From positions 942 through 64,941 of the forward strand of contig JAIPIH010000010.1 of the NCBI GenBank assembly GCA_021734835.1: DNA of 64,000 nucleotides. Direction: 5' to 3'. Positions 19,593 through 27,938 of this stretch are shown here, in pieces; the stretch's first letter is position 1; every line of letters starts with the position of its first letter. Under the pieces are notes generated by a model. It made no database searches and had not been told where the DNA came from. It saw only the letters and a program-made list of their open reading frames with translations. The DNA is from Candidatus Cloacimonadota bacterium. Lineage in GTDB: Bacteria; Cloacimonadota; Cloacimonadia; Cloacimonadales; TCS61. Position numbers and translations under genes: made by a program.

Positions 19593-22376
19593 TTAAATCC
19601 TTCCTATTATTTTTTCTAACATTATACTATGAGAACCTTTGATAAGTACGACCGCTTTTTCCGGAATTTGCTCAAGTAATCCCGAGGAAATTAAATTTTC
19701 CACTTTATGAAAATGAGCTGTAGCCTTGAATTCACGTGAAACATCACCAACTGAAATAAGTTGATAATAACTGATCTTATCAAGCAGCTTCAAGATATTT
19801 GTATGGTGTTCTTTTGTCAATTTTCCAAGTTCCAGCATATCCCCTAAGATTGCAAAGTGTGGTTTTCCCGGTTCAAAATCACGCCAAAATTCTATGGCAG
19901 CCTTCATCGAATCAGGATTTGCATTGTAGCAATCCACTAACAGTGTTATCCCATTTTTTTTTACGATCTCCATGCGTTGAGATATTTGAAGCGGTTTATT
20001 TAATCCCTGCTGTATCAAAGCTTTTTTCAAATTCATGCTAAGAGCAATGGATACAGCAATGCCGGCATTAAAAGCATATTTTTTGAAGGGTGTTGGAATT
20101 GTGAATTCTTCCTCGTTAACTTTGAACATTGTACTTTCATTTTCAACCTTTAAATCTGAGAATCTATATTTTGCATGGGAAGACGATCCAAAGTTAAACC
20201 CGGAAAATTCCTGGAATCTCTTATCATCTGCAGGAAAGAACTTTTTTTGCAGTTTATGTTTGAAGAGAGCAGTTTTTTCCTGGAATACTCCATCTTCATC
20301 GATCAAAAATTCTAAATGTGCCGGCCCGATAGAAATGATCACTCCTATATCGGGATCACTGATCTCGGTTAATTTTTCAATTTCACCTGTTTGGTTCGTT
20401 CCTAACTCTAGAATGGACATTTTATATCTGGGATCTAGTGTAAAAATTGATTTTGGTACACCAATAAGATTATTTTCATTTCCAGTTGTTCTATGAGTCG
20501 GACAAAATCCCGAAAGGATATTATACAAATACTCTTTCGTGGTTGTTTTACCGTAACTGCCTGTTAAGGCAATTGTAGTTAGATGAAACTGCTGTTTATA
20601 TATTTTCGCAAGTCTGCCATAAGCTTCTGAAGTATTTTTTACCTGAATTACATTCATAGAGTTGCTTTCATATTCCAGGTTAGCAACAACCAGACAATTT
20701 TTCTTTTTTAAAACATCTTTAATATAATCATGGCCATCAAAGTTATCACCTTTAAGTGCAAAAAAAAGTGAATCTTGTTTTATGGTTCGGGAATCAGTAG
20801 AAATGTGTTTTATCTGCTGATCAAGTTTTGGAGATAAATTACATTGGAAGATCAATTCAAGCTGCAATGGGTCAATTGGGAGGGATAAAGCTGTATTGAA
20901 TTCGGAATGTATGGCAAGTGCTTTTGATACTTCTTCTGCATCGTCAAAATGATGCTTCTTCCCTCGGATCTCTTGATATTTCTCATGTCCTTTTCCGGCA
21001 ATGAGTATAAGATCATCTTTTTCGGCAAATTTTATTGCGGTTCGTATCGCTTCTTTTCTATCTCTGATAATCCAGAATTTCGTAACATCATTCCCATTTT
21101 TTACTATATCTTTTATAATTTCGGCAGGTTCTTCATCTCGAGGATTATCGTTAGTAATTATTATCCAATCTGCCAGTAAGCTTGCTTGAAACATCTCAGA
21201 TCTTTTAGTTCTATCTCTGTTCCCACCAGCTCCAAAAACGCAAATGATCTTACTTTTTTTTAAATCATTCAGTGTTGTTAATACATTTTTTATAGCGTCA
21301 GGTGTGTGGGCATAATCAACAAAGACCCCAATACCTCTATCATTGGGTATCTGCTGCAGCCGGCCGGGAATACGATGAATATTCTTAATTGCTATAATTA
21401 TCCTGAGTTTTTGTTTGGTTCCCAAAAGATCCAAAGCAACTGAAAATGCAGCAGTAATATTAAATATATTAAACTTCCCGATCAGATTTGTGAAGATTGA
21501 GTATTCTTTTTCTAAAAATGCTACATCGAATTGCGATCCTGTGAAGCTGTACTTATAATTTTTGATTGTAACATCAGCACTATTAAAGGATATTCCGTAT
21601 TTTTTGAAAGAACATTTCCTGAAAAGTCTATCACCGTTTTCATCGTCAATGTTAACAAATGCCTTATCAGTATTTTCAAATAATTTAAATTTAGTTTTAG
21701 TATATTCATTTAGATTTATATGAAAATCAAGGTGATCTTGCGAGAGATTTGTGAAAATCGCTGAGTGAAAGTGCAAAGAAAAAATCCTGTCTAATGACAA
21801 AGCGTGGGATGATACTTCCATGATCACATATTCGATTTTCGCTTTGACCATTTTTGTTAAGATCTTGTTAAGATCGATTATATCAGGAGTTGTTCTTTCA
21901 GTAGAGAATCGCTTACCATTGATGGAATAACCTAAAGTTCCAATAACTCCAACCTTCGCGTTACAATCCAGCAAAATAGTTTCCAAAATAGAAGCGATCG
22001 TTGTTTTTCCGTTTGTACCAGTTATTCCAATCAATTTTAACTTTTCAGTGGGATCACCGAAAAACAATTTTGCTAAGAGAGCTGTTGCTTTGCGAGCATT
22101 AATGACCACAATCTGCGAGACCTTGATATTTAATTCTTTTTCTACAATTAAGAGTTTGGCACCATTGTTAACAGCATTTTGGGCGAATTCATGTCCGTCA
22201 TTAATAAATCCTCTGATACAGATAAAAACCTGACCAGCTTTTATCTTTCGTGAATCGGTTTGGATATTGTTGTATGTTTCGCCGGGAACTACATTGATGG
22301 TATCGATCAGGAATTTATTATCCTGAAGCATCTTTATTATATCCAAAGTTGAAATCATCTTGCCGTTACCCCGCAT
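19593..22376 (-). CDS. murEF: Fused MurE (meso-DAP-adding ligase) - MurF (D-Ala-D-Ala-adding ligase), 927 aa
   Basis: - N-terminal half: DSRKIKAGQVFICIRG, GITGTNGKTT, and DNPR (a DAP-specificity motif) at aa 410-413.
- C-terminal half, from about aa 497: DSRTIKQDSLFFALKGDNFDGHDY, LTGSYGKTTTKE.
- No stop or frameshift at the junction (about nt 20880-20910).
- An alternative start at 22358 gives an ATGA overlap with the ftsI stop. Confidence 0.9.
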   Translation of the reverse strand: MRGNGKMISTLDIIKMLQDNKFLIDTINVVPGETYNNIQTDSRKIKAGQVFICIRGFINDGHEFAQNAVNNGAKLLIVEKELNIKVSQIVVINARKATALLAKLFFGDPTEKLKLIGITGTNGKTTIASILETILLDCNAKVGVIGTLGYSINGKRFSTERTTPDIIDLNKILTKMVKAKIEYVIMEVSSHALSLDRIFSLHFHSAIFTNLSQDHLDFHINLNEYTKTKFKLFENTDKAFVNIDDENGDRLFRKCSFKKYGISFNSADVTIKNYKYSFTGSQFDVAFLEKEYSIFTNLIGKFNIFNITAAFSVALDLLGTKQKLRIIIAIKNIHRIPGRLQQIPNDRGIGVFVDYAHTPDAIKNVLTTLNDLKKSKIICVFGAGGNRDRTKRSEMFQASLLADWIIITNDNPRDEEPAEIIKDIVKNGNDVTKFWIIRDRKEAIRTAIKFAEKDDLILIAGKGHEKYQEIRGKKHHFDDAEEVSKALAIHSEFNTALSLPIDPLQLELIFQCNLSPKLDQQIKHISTDSRTIKQDSLFFALKGDNFDGHDYIKDVLKKKNCLVVANLEYESNSMNVIQVKNTSEAYGRLAKIYKQQFHLTTIALTGSYGKTTTKEYLYNILSGFCPTHRTTGNENNLIGVPKSIFTLDPRYKMSILELGTNQTGEIEKLTEISDPDIGVIISIGPAHLEFLIDEDGVFQEKTALFKHKLQKKFFPADDKRFQEFSGFNFGSSSHAKYRFSDLKVENESTMFKVNEEEFTIPTPFKKYAFNAGIAVSIALSMNLKKALIQQGLNKPLQISQRMEIVKKNGITLLVDCYNANPDSMKAAIEFWRDFEPGKPHFAILGDMLELGKLTKEHHTNILKLLDKISYYQLISVGDVSREFKATAHFHKVENLISSGLLEQIPEKAVVLIKGSHSIMLEKIIGRI

Positions 22377-24535
22377 TGATCCCCAAATTTAGTTTTTGAA
22401 CCTGGTTTGATCGTTTGATCAATTATGACCCCTTTACCCGTTATCAATAATTTTATATTACACTTATTTGATAGTGCAATTGCCTTTCTCAAAGTTAATC
22501 CTTTCAGATCCGGCATCTCATTCACATTGACATTCAACTGTTCTCGACCCTGTTTATTGTCAAGGCTTAGGATCACTTTTTCAGTTTTATCAAATGAGAT
22601 ATTTGGTTTAGGATATTGATCTGTAACTATATTCTCAGCATTGTTGCCATAAATTACATAATCAATACCTTTTTTTTGTAACTTCTCAATAGCTTTATCT
22701 AATTGGAGACCGGTGACATCAGGTGCAAAAATAAACTTTTTATTATTTTCTTTTACATTTGCAATTGTTTCAGTTTCCGGTAGATTTATCATTGTCTTCA
22801 CGATTTTTTGAAATGTAGGTACGGCTGATAAGGAAGCATAATAAGAATATGATTCGTAGTCTGGCTCATCATATACTATAACTATAACGTACTCAGGTTC
22901 GTTAACTGGGAAAAAACCGGCAAAAATGGAGGTGTACTTCTCTTTCTCATATCCTACTTTTCCGGTTATAGCTTTTTCAGAAGTTCCTGTTTTCCCAGCA
23001 AGAGTTAACCCTTCAACTTTCGCTCCGGTTGCTGTACCGTAATCCACTACCCCCTTTAAAAACACTTTTAGAGTATCCAGAGAATTTTGAGTTGAGATAC
23101 TTCTTAATACTTTTGGTTTGGAATTAAATATTGTATTATTATTGTAATCTTTGACTTCTTTAAGTAAATGCGGCTGCATTACATTACCACCATTGGCAAG
23201 TGAACAATAGGCGTTAGCTAGTTGTAGTGCGGTAACAGAGATTTCCTGTCCAAAGGAAATAGAATGTAGTGAGAATCCTTTCCAATCTTTTAATTTTCGG
23301 AAGATCCCGGATGATTCTCCGGATATATTTGATCCGGTTTTATGCCCGAAACCCATCGCTATCATCCTTTCATACAGCATCTTACTACCTATCTTTTCTA
23401 CTATTCTGCTTATCCCAACATTACTTGAATAGGCAATTATATCTTTGAAACTTAGTGTTTTGTATTTGTGATCATCTTTTATTACTCTTTCTTCAGATTG
23501 ATATTCGATATGATAATCAGAACAATCTATTTTATCTTTGGGATCGAAGATATTTTTTTCCAGAGCAAGAAGTGCTGTTATCGGTTTTAAGGTTGAGCCC
23601 GGCTCAAACATAAAAGAAGCTGCAATATTGGTTACAGATCGCAGTTCTTTTGCCGATCTGTAATTATAATCATCTTTAATTCCAGCCATTGCTAAAATTT
23701 CTCCGGATTGCGGTTCCATAACAATCCCGATAGCATTTTTTGCTTTATAATCAGAAAGTCCTTCGATCAGTTTTTCTTCCAGGATTTCCTGAACATTTGT
23801 GTCTATTGTGAGATAAATAGAATTACCCGGCAGGGCAGGTTTTTTCTTCAGGAACAAGAGCGGTACATTACGATTCTTCGCGTCGTAAATAGTTTCACGC
23901 CAACCTATTTCGCCGGTAAGAAGATCATCGAAGGTCGCTTCGACACCATTTTTCCCGCATGTTCTATAAACATTATTGTTATTATCTCCATCAAACTTAT
24001 CATCCATAATCCCAAGAAAATTAACTCCTAATTTATCATGGGGATAGGACCGCTCAATCTTATGGAAAGTTTCTACCAATCCTTTAATCTTTTTATTGGA
24101 AAATCCCTGTTTAATATCGTGAAGCTGGTTTTCCGTTATGTTATTAGTTATAAAAATACTGGAGTATAAAGGTTCTTGCTGGAGCCTTGAGAGAATTAAT
24201 TTTCGATCTGTATCACTGTATTCCGAAATGATCAATGAGATTTTATCAAACAAGGTAAAAATTGAATTCTCATCTTCCGGTTCGATATTATCAAGCGCAG
24301 CTCTTCGATCTACATCAAGCTGATAATACTTTATACAGCTTACAAGTAAGTCGCCTTTACGATCGTATATATTACCTCTTTCGGGAATCAATATCTCTTT
24401 AGAAGGATTTTGCCTAATCTGCACAGTCTCTCTTAAATTGTAAACATCTAATATTTGGATAGAAAAGAGATAAATAACCCAGACAATTAGTAGGGCAATA
24501 TTCAAATAAATAAATAATTTTATTCGAGCGTTCAT
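22355..24535 (-). CDS. ftsI: Class B penicillin-binding protein FtsI with two C-terminal PASTA domains
   Basis: N-terminal TM helix; transpeptidase motifs STLKP (SxxK), SSN and KTGT. The last 123 aa form two PASTA-like repeats (APDVTGLQLDKAIEKL..., MPDLKGLTLRKAIALS...). Confidence 0.92.
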   Translation of the reverse strand: MNARIKLFIYLNIALLIVWVIYLFSIQILDVYNLRETVQIRQNPSKEILIPERGNIYDRKGDLLVSCIKYYQLDVDRRAALDNIEPEDENSIFTLFDKISLIISEYSDTDRKLILSRLQQEPLYSSIFITNNITENQLHDIKQGFSNKKIKGLVETFHKIERSYPHDKLGVNFLGIMDDKFDGDNNNNVYRTCGKNGVEATFDDLLTGEIGWRETIYDAKNRNVPLLFLKKKPALPGNSIYLTIDTNVQEILEEKLIEGLSDYKAKNAIGIVMEPQSGEILAMAGIKDDYNYRSAKELRSVTNIAASFMFEPGSTLKPITALLALEKNIFDPKDKIDCSDYHIEYQSEERVIKDDHKYKTLSFKDIIAYSSNVGISRIVEKIGSKMLYERMIAMGFGHKTGSNISGESSGIFRKLKDWKGFSLHSISFGQEISVTALQLANAYCSLANGGNVMQPHLLKEVKDYNNNTIFNSKPKVLRSISTQNSLDTLKVFLKGVVDYGTATGAKVEGLTLAGKTGTSEKAITGKVGYEKEKYTSIFAGFFPVNEPEYVIVIVYDEPDYESYSYYASLSAVPTFQKIVKTMINLPETETIANVKENNKKFIFAPDVTGLQLDKAIEKLQKKGIDYVIYGNNAENIVTDQYPKPNISFDKTEKVILSLDNKQGREQLNVNVNEMPDLKGLTLRKAIALSNKCNIKLLITGKGVIIDQTIKPGSKTKFGDQCGVTAR

Positions 24536-24562
24536 AAAAAAAGCTCATTCCTATGAATGAGC
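24536..24562 (-). terminator. Intrinsic-terminator-like hairpin plus U7 between ftsL and ftsI
   Basis: The minus-strand RNA reads GCUCAUUC-AUAG-GAAUGAGC-UUUUUUU-AUG(ftsI). This is an 8-bp perfect stem, a 4-nt loop and a 7-U tract that abuts the ftsI start codon. Confidence 0.5.
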
Positions 24563-24569
24563 GTTAACA

Positions 24570-24899
24570 CTATCTGGTAAGTGCTTCAGCCGAAGGGACA
24601 ATGTAATCAATTAATCTAAATGTCTCTTTTTTGTTGTTATATTTTATATTATGCACATTTTCATTGTTGTCATCATAATACATACCCAAATAAGAGGATG
24701 CGAGATCTTGGATCCTTTCGCGAGAACTTAATTTGCTGTATGTTGTTACCAGATCCTGGTTCTTCACTTTTTGAGCCTGATAATATTCTCTTGATTGATC
24801 AAGCTGACGTCCATAGACGATGATTTTATGTTGATTACTATAGTGACAAAAGATCAAAGTAAAAAAAAGTAAAACAACAATAACTGCTTTCCAGTTCAT
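24570..24899 (-). CDS. ftsL: FtsL-like small bitopic division protein
   Basis: 109 aa with one N-terminal TM helix. Canonical position between rsmH and ftsI; 4-nt overlap with rsmH. Confidence 0.65.
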   Translation of the reverse strand: MNWKAVIVVLLFFTLIFCHYSNQHKIIVYGRQLDQSREYYQAQKVKNQDLVTTYSKLSSRERIQDLASSYLGMYYDDNNENVHNIKYNNKKETFRLIDYIVPSAEALTR

Positions 24900-25828
24900 A
24901 AAACCTCCCTTTTTCGAGCAATTCTCATTTTTGCACTTCTTGCTCTTGGATTTATAGCTATTTCTTGTTTTGATGCGGTTATCGGTTTAACCGTTAATAT
25001 ATCTAAACTTGAAACTTTATCACAAATACATTTGGGGAATTCCGGCGGGCAAATACAATCTTTCGCTTCGTATTTGAAGAATTTTTTAACAATTCTATCT
25101 TCCAGACTGTGATAGGATATGACAACGATCCTGCCATTTGGATTCAAAGCCTCTTCAGCTTCTTTCAAGGCGGTCGTTAAGGTTTCGATCTCCTTATTCA
25201 CATAAATTCTAATGGCTTGAAAGATCCTGGCTTTTGCTTTTATACTTTTATGTGATAAAATACAATTCTCTATAATAGTTGATAACTGTTGTGTTGTTTT
25301 GATCTCTTTTTTGTTTCTTTCTTTTATTATATTGTTTGCTATTCTGACTGCTTCCTTTTCTTCACCGTACTCACGGAATATTCTGGTGAGTTCTTCAAAA
25401 GGATAAGTGTTTACAACTTCAAAGGCAGTAAGTTCTTTATCTTGATCCATTCGCATGTTCAGATCACCTTCCAGGCTGAAGCTGAAACCTCTTTCTGGTT
25501 TATTTATCTGATGCGAGGAAACTCCCAGATCAAAAAGGATCCCGTCTATCTTCTTAATCCTTTTAAGAGCTAAACCGGTTCGTAAATTAGCAAAATTACC
25601 CTGGATCATAAAGAAATTATCTGGGTATTTTGTGCTGAGAATTTTACTTTGTGCAACAGCATCGGGATCCTGATCAAATGCATAAAGTTGTAGAGATTTC
25701 CCGCCTTCCAATATTTTCCCAGCATGACCACCACCACCAAATGTAGCATCTACATATATCCGGCCATCTTGCAAGTCCAAGGCAGAAACGCTTTCAGATA
25801 GCATTACAGGGATATGATATTTATTCAT
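24896..25828 (-). CDS. rsmH: 16S rRNA (cytosine1402-N4)-methyltransferase RsmH
   Basis: HIPVMLSE, DATFGGGGH and FDLGVSSHQ motifs; follows mraZ. Confidence 0.95.
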   Translation of the reverse strand: MNKYHIPVMLSESVSALDLQDGRIYVDATFGGGGHAGKILEGGKSLQLYAFDQDPDAVAQSKILSTKYPDNFFMIQGNFANLRTGLALKRIKKIDGILFDLGVSSHQINKPERGFSFSLEGDLNMRMDQDKELTAFEVVNTYPFEELTRIFREYGEEKEAVRIANNIIKERNKKEIKTTQQLSTIIENCILSHKSIKAKARIFQAIRIYVNKEIETLTTALKEAEEALNPNGRIVVISYHSLEDRIVKKFFKYEAKDCICPPEFPKCICDKVSSLDILTVKPITASKQEIAINPRARSAKMRIARKREVL

Positions 25829-26268
25829 TACTGGTAATCCATTGAATTAAATAACTTTCTATGCTCTTCTAATCTTTTTTTACGAAACTCCCTATAATTC
25901 TCGGGACCCCAAACTGAGATGTAATTTCCAGATCCTTTTATTATTACTTTATCTTTGATATTGGCAATTTCTAAAAGCTCAACTCCAATTTTAATCCTGC
26001 CGTTCTTTTCCATTTTTTGTTCTGCGGAAGCGAAGGTTCGTAAGTTGGATAAAAGCTGTTTATCTCGGTCTGTACCATTTTTCAGCTTATCGATTTTTTC
26101 TTGCCAGTTATCTAAAGGATAGATCGCTATATCTGTGTTAGGACCCAAAGTGATTACAACAGTCTGCTTTGTTTGAGGATTGAATTTCTTTTTGAAATTT
26201 GCAGGTATTGTGATCCATTTACGTTTATTAACAGAATTTTTGTACGTTCCTAAAAATTCACCTGACAT
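25828..26268 (-). CDS. mraZ: Transcriptional regulator MraZ
   Basis: About 146 aa with a duplicated SpoVT/AbrB-like fold (NKRKWITIPANFKK / GRIKIGVELLE). First gene of the dcw cluster; AGGAGG SD upstream. Confidence 0.9.
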   Translation of the reverse strand: MSGEFLGTYKNSVNKRKWITIPANFKKKFNPQTKQTVVITLGPNTDIAIYPLDNWQEKIDKLKNGTDRDKQLLSNLRTFASAEQKMEKNGRIKIGVELLEIANIKDKVIIKGSGNYISVWGPENYREFRKKRLEEHRKLFNSMDYQ

Positions 26269-26286
26269 AACAACCTCCTGCTCATC

Positions 26287-26374
26287 TGAGATGATATGAG
26301 AATATCTGAGAAATTCTGGGACAAACGTGAGATAATTCTGAGGTTCGTCAAGTTTTTTTTGAGATAGGATGAGT
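26287..26374. promoter_or_regulatory. Array of eight helically phased TG(A/G)G boxes; candidate MraZ operator
   Basis: Plus-strand boxes: TGAGA at 26287, 26297, 26307, 26328 and 26360; TGGGA at 26317; TGAGG at 26339; TGAGT at 26370. Spacings are 10, 10, 10, 11, 11, 21 and 10 nt. The array lies 19-106 nt upstream of the mraZ ATG. Confidence 0.55.
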
Positions 26375-26385
26375 TTTTTTCATTT

Positions 26386-26413
26386 ATTATAATTATAAGA
26401 GTATAGCTTACAA
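26386..26413 (-). promoter_or_regulatory. Candidate sigma70-type promoter for the dcw operon
   Basis: Minus strand: TTGTAA (26413-26408), 16-nt spacer, TATAAT (26391-26386). The box array would then lie in the 5' leader. Confidence 0.35.
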
Positions 26414-26483
26414 TTAAGAAAAGCATTTCTTATTTCTCTGATTAGTTGAAACTTTAACATAATTTTTATCAAAAATAAACTGT

Positions 26484-26512
26484 TTTACATTTTTTATTAA
26501 TTAGTCTATAAT
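26484..26512 (+). promoter_or_regulatory. Candidate sigma70-type promoter for the GGDEF / HD-GYP genes
   Basis: TTTACA (26484-26489), 17-nt spacer, TATAAT (26507-26512), about 87 nt upstream of the ATG at 26599. Confidence 0.45.
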
Positions 26513-26598
26513 ACAAGATCTTAATCGCTAACACTGATAAAAAAAATTATGAGCAAAAAAAATCTTGCAGAATAGTATTATCAAAATAAATTGCGGAC

Positions 26599-27930
26599 AT
26601 GCAAAAAAAAATATTAATAGTTTATGATAAAATACAAGCTGCAAACGATATTAAAAACACCTTAGAAGATTTGAAATATAAAGTTGTAGATGTTGTTACT
26701 GATAGTGAATCAGCAGTCGCAGCCATTAAAAATGAAAATCCTAATCTGGTTTTAATCAGAATTTGTTTAAATGACGTTCCGGGTAAAATCAACTTAACTA
26801 ATACCATCCAAAAAGAATATAAAATCCCTGTCGTTTACATCAATATTGATGCAAGTAAAAAGGCCGTTAAAAAGGCAATTTTCACAGCTCCATACGGGCT
26901 TTTATCAGTACCAATTCAAATTAATGAACTTTATACAGCTCTGGAAATGGCATTATATAAATTTAAGTTGGATTTGGCATTAAGAGAAGCAAAAACTAAA
27001 ATAGAAAAATTACATTATTTTGCGATTGACCTAATGGATTGCGAACGCAGAAGTAGTGTTTTTAAAAAAACCTTTCAAGCTTTAACAGAAATGTTTAAAA
27101 TTTCTGATCTTGCTTTTTTTGGCATTCAGGAAAATTCGTTAAAATTGCTTTCAGCTAGTAATAATGATCTTTTTAAATCAGAATATAAAATTTCACAGGG
27201 GTTTTTGAAAAAAGTTTATTATTCGCCGGAAGTCTGTCTAATATCGAAGCGAAAGGAAGTAGTTCAGGTAGATCCATTGTGGAAAAACATTGATACTGCG
27301 ATCGGAGCAAGAATTAGTGATGATCATCTCATCATTGCGTTTACGAAAATTGATTTTAAACCAACAGAAGAAAGAAAAGAAGTTTTAGGCTTTTTATTCC
27401 AGCATGTAAGAGAAACGTTAAAAAGACTTGAGTATGAGAATTTGTTAAAGCAAAAAGCAGTAATAGACCCTCTGACAAAAGTCTATAACAGGTTATATTT
27501 TAATAATATCTTAAAAAATGAAGTAAAACTTGCAAAAAGATACGGGAATAACATCGCATTTATAGTAGTTGACATCAATAACTTAAAAAAAATAAATGAT
27601 AATTATGGGCACAATATGGGAGATAAGGCGATAAAATTCGTCGCTTCTCTTTTAGTTTCCAAAGCGCGGGAATCGGATAATATTATCCGTAATGGGGGAG
27701 ATGAATTTGTTTTAATGCTTCCGCAAACGGGAAAAGAAGTAGAAATTGTAGAAAACAGAATTAGAAACGCTATAATCGAATCTAATAAAAAAAGCGGATT
27801 AGTTTTTCCGGTTAATTTCGCTTTAGGAAGTTCATTCTGGAATTACGAAAATAATTGTGATATTGAAGAAATTATTCAAGAAGCAGATGAAAAAATGTAT
27901 TCGGATAAAAAAAATAAAAAAGTCGTGTAA
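26599..27930 (+). CDS. Diguanylate cyclase: degenerate receiver domain + central sensor region + GGDEF
   Basis: The C-terminus carries an intact RNGGDEF active site and RESD five residues upstream (RxxD I-site spacing). The N-terminal REC-like fold has the phospho-acceptor Asp replaced (NLVLIRICL), the Thr replaced (VVYINID) and the Lys replaced (GLLSVPI). Confidence 0.85.
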   Translation: MQKKILIVYDKIQAANDIKNTLEDLKYKVVDVVTDSESAVAAIKNENPNLVLIRICLNDVPGKINLTNTIQKEYKIPVVYINIDASKKAVKKAIFTAPYGLLSVPIQINELYTALEMALYKFKLDLALREAKTKIEKLHYFAIDLMDCERRSSVFKKTFQALTEMFKISDLAFFGIQENSLKLLSASNNDLFKSEYKISQGFLKKVYYSPEVCLISKRKEVVQVDPLWKNIDTAIGARISDDHLIIAFTKIDFKPTEERKEVLGFLFQHVRETLKRLEYENLLKQKAVIDPLTKVYNRLYFNNILKNEVKLAKRYGNNIAFIVVDINNLKKINDNYGHNMGDKAIKFVASLLVSKARESDNIIRNGGDEFVLMLPQTGKEVEIVENRIRNAIIESNKKSGLVFPVNFALGSSFWNYENNCDIEEIIQEADEKMYSDKKNKKVV

Positions 27931-27938
27931 AGGGTTTT

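Noticed and set aside
26549-26575. 8-codon mini-ORF (MSKKNLAE) in the leader of the GGDEF gene, and a 19-codon mini-ORF at 1757-1816.
   Set aside because: There is no SD, the length is trivial and the context is A-rich. A leader-peptide function cannot be supported from the sequence alone.
26603-26611. Homopolymeric A9-A10 tracts inside coding regions as possible phase-variation switches. Locations: 26603-26611 at codons 2-5 of the GGDEF gene, 34852-34861 in trmL, 37371-37379 in the DUF3108-like gene and 62278-62286 in a GT4 gene.
   Set aside because: Such Lys/Phe-coding runs are frequent throughout this AT-rich window, including in essential housekeeping genes. There is no length-variation evidence from a single sequence.
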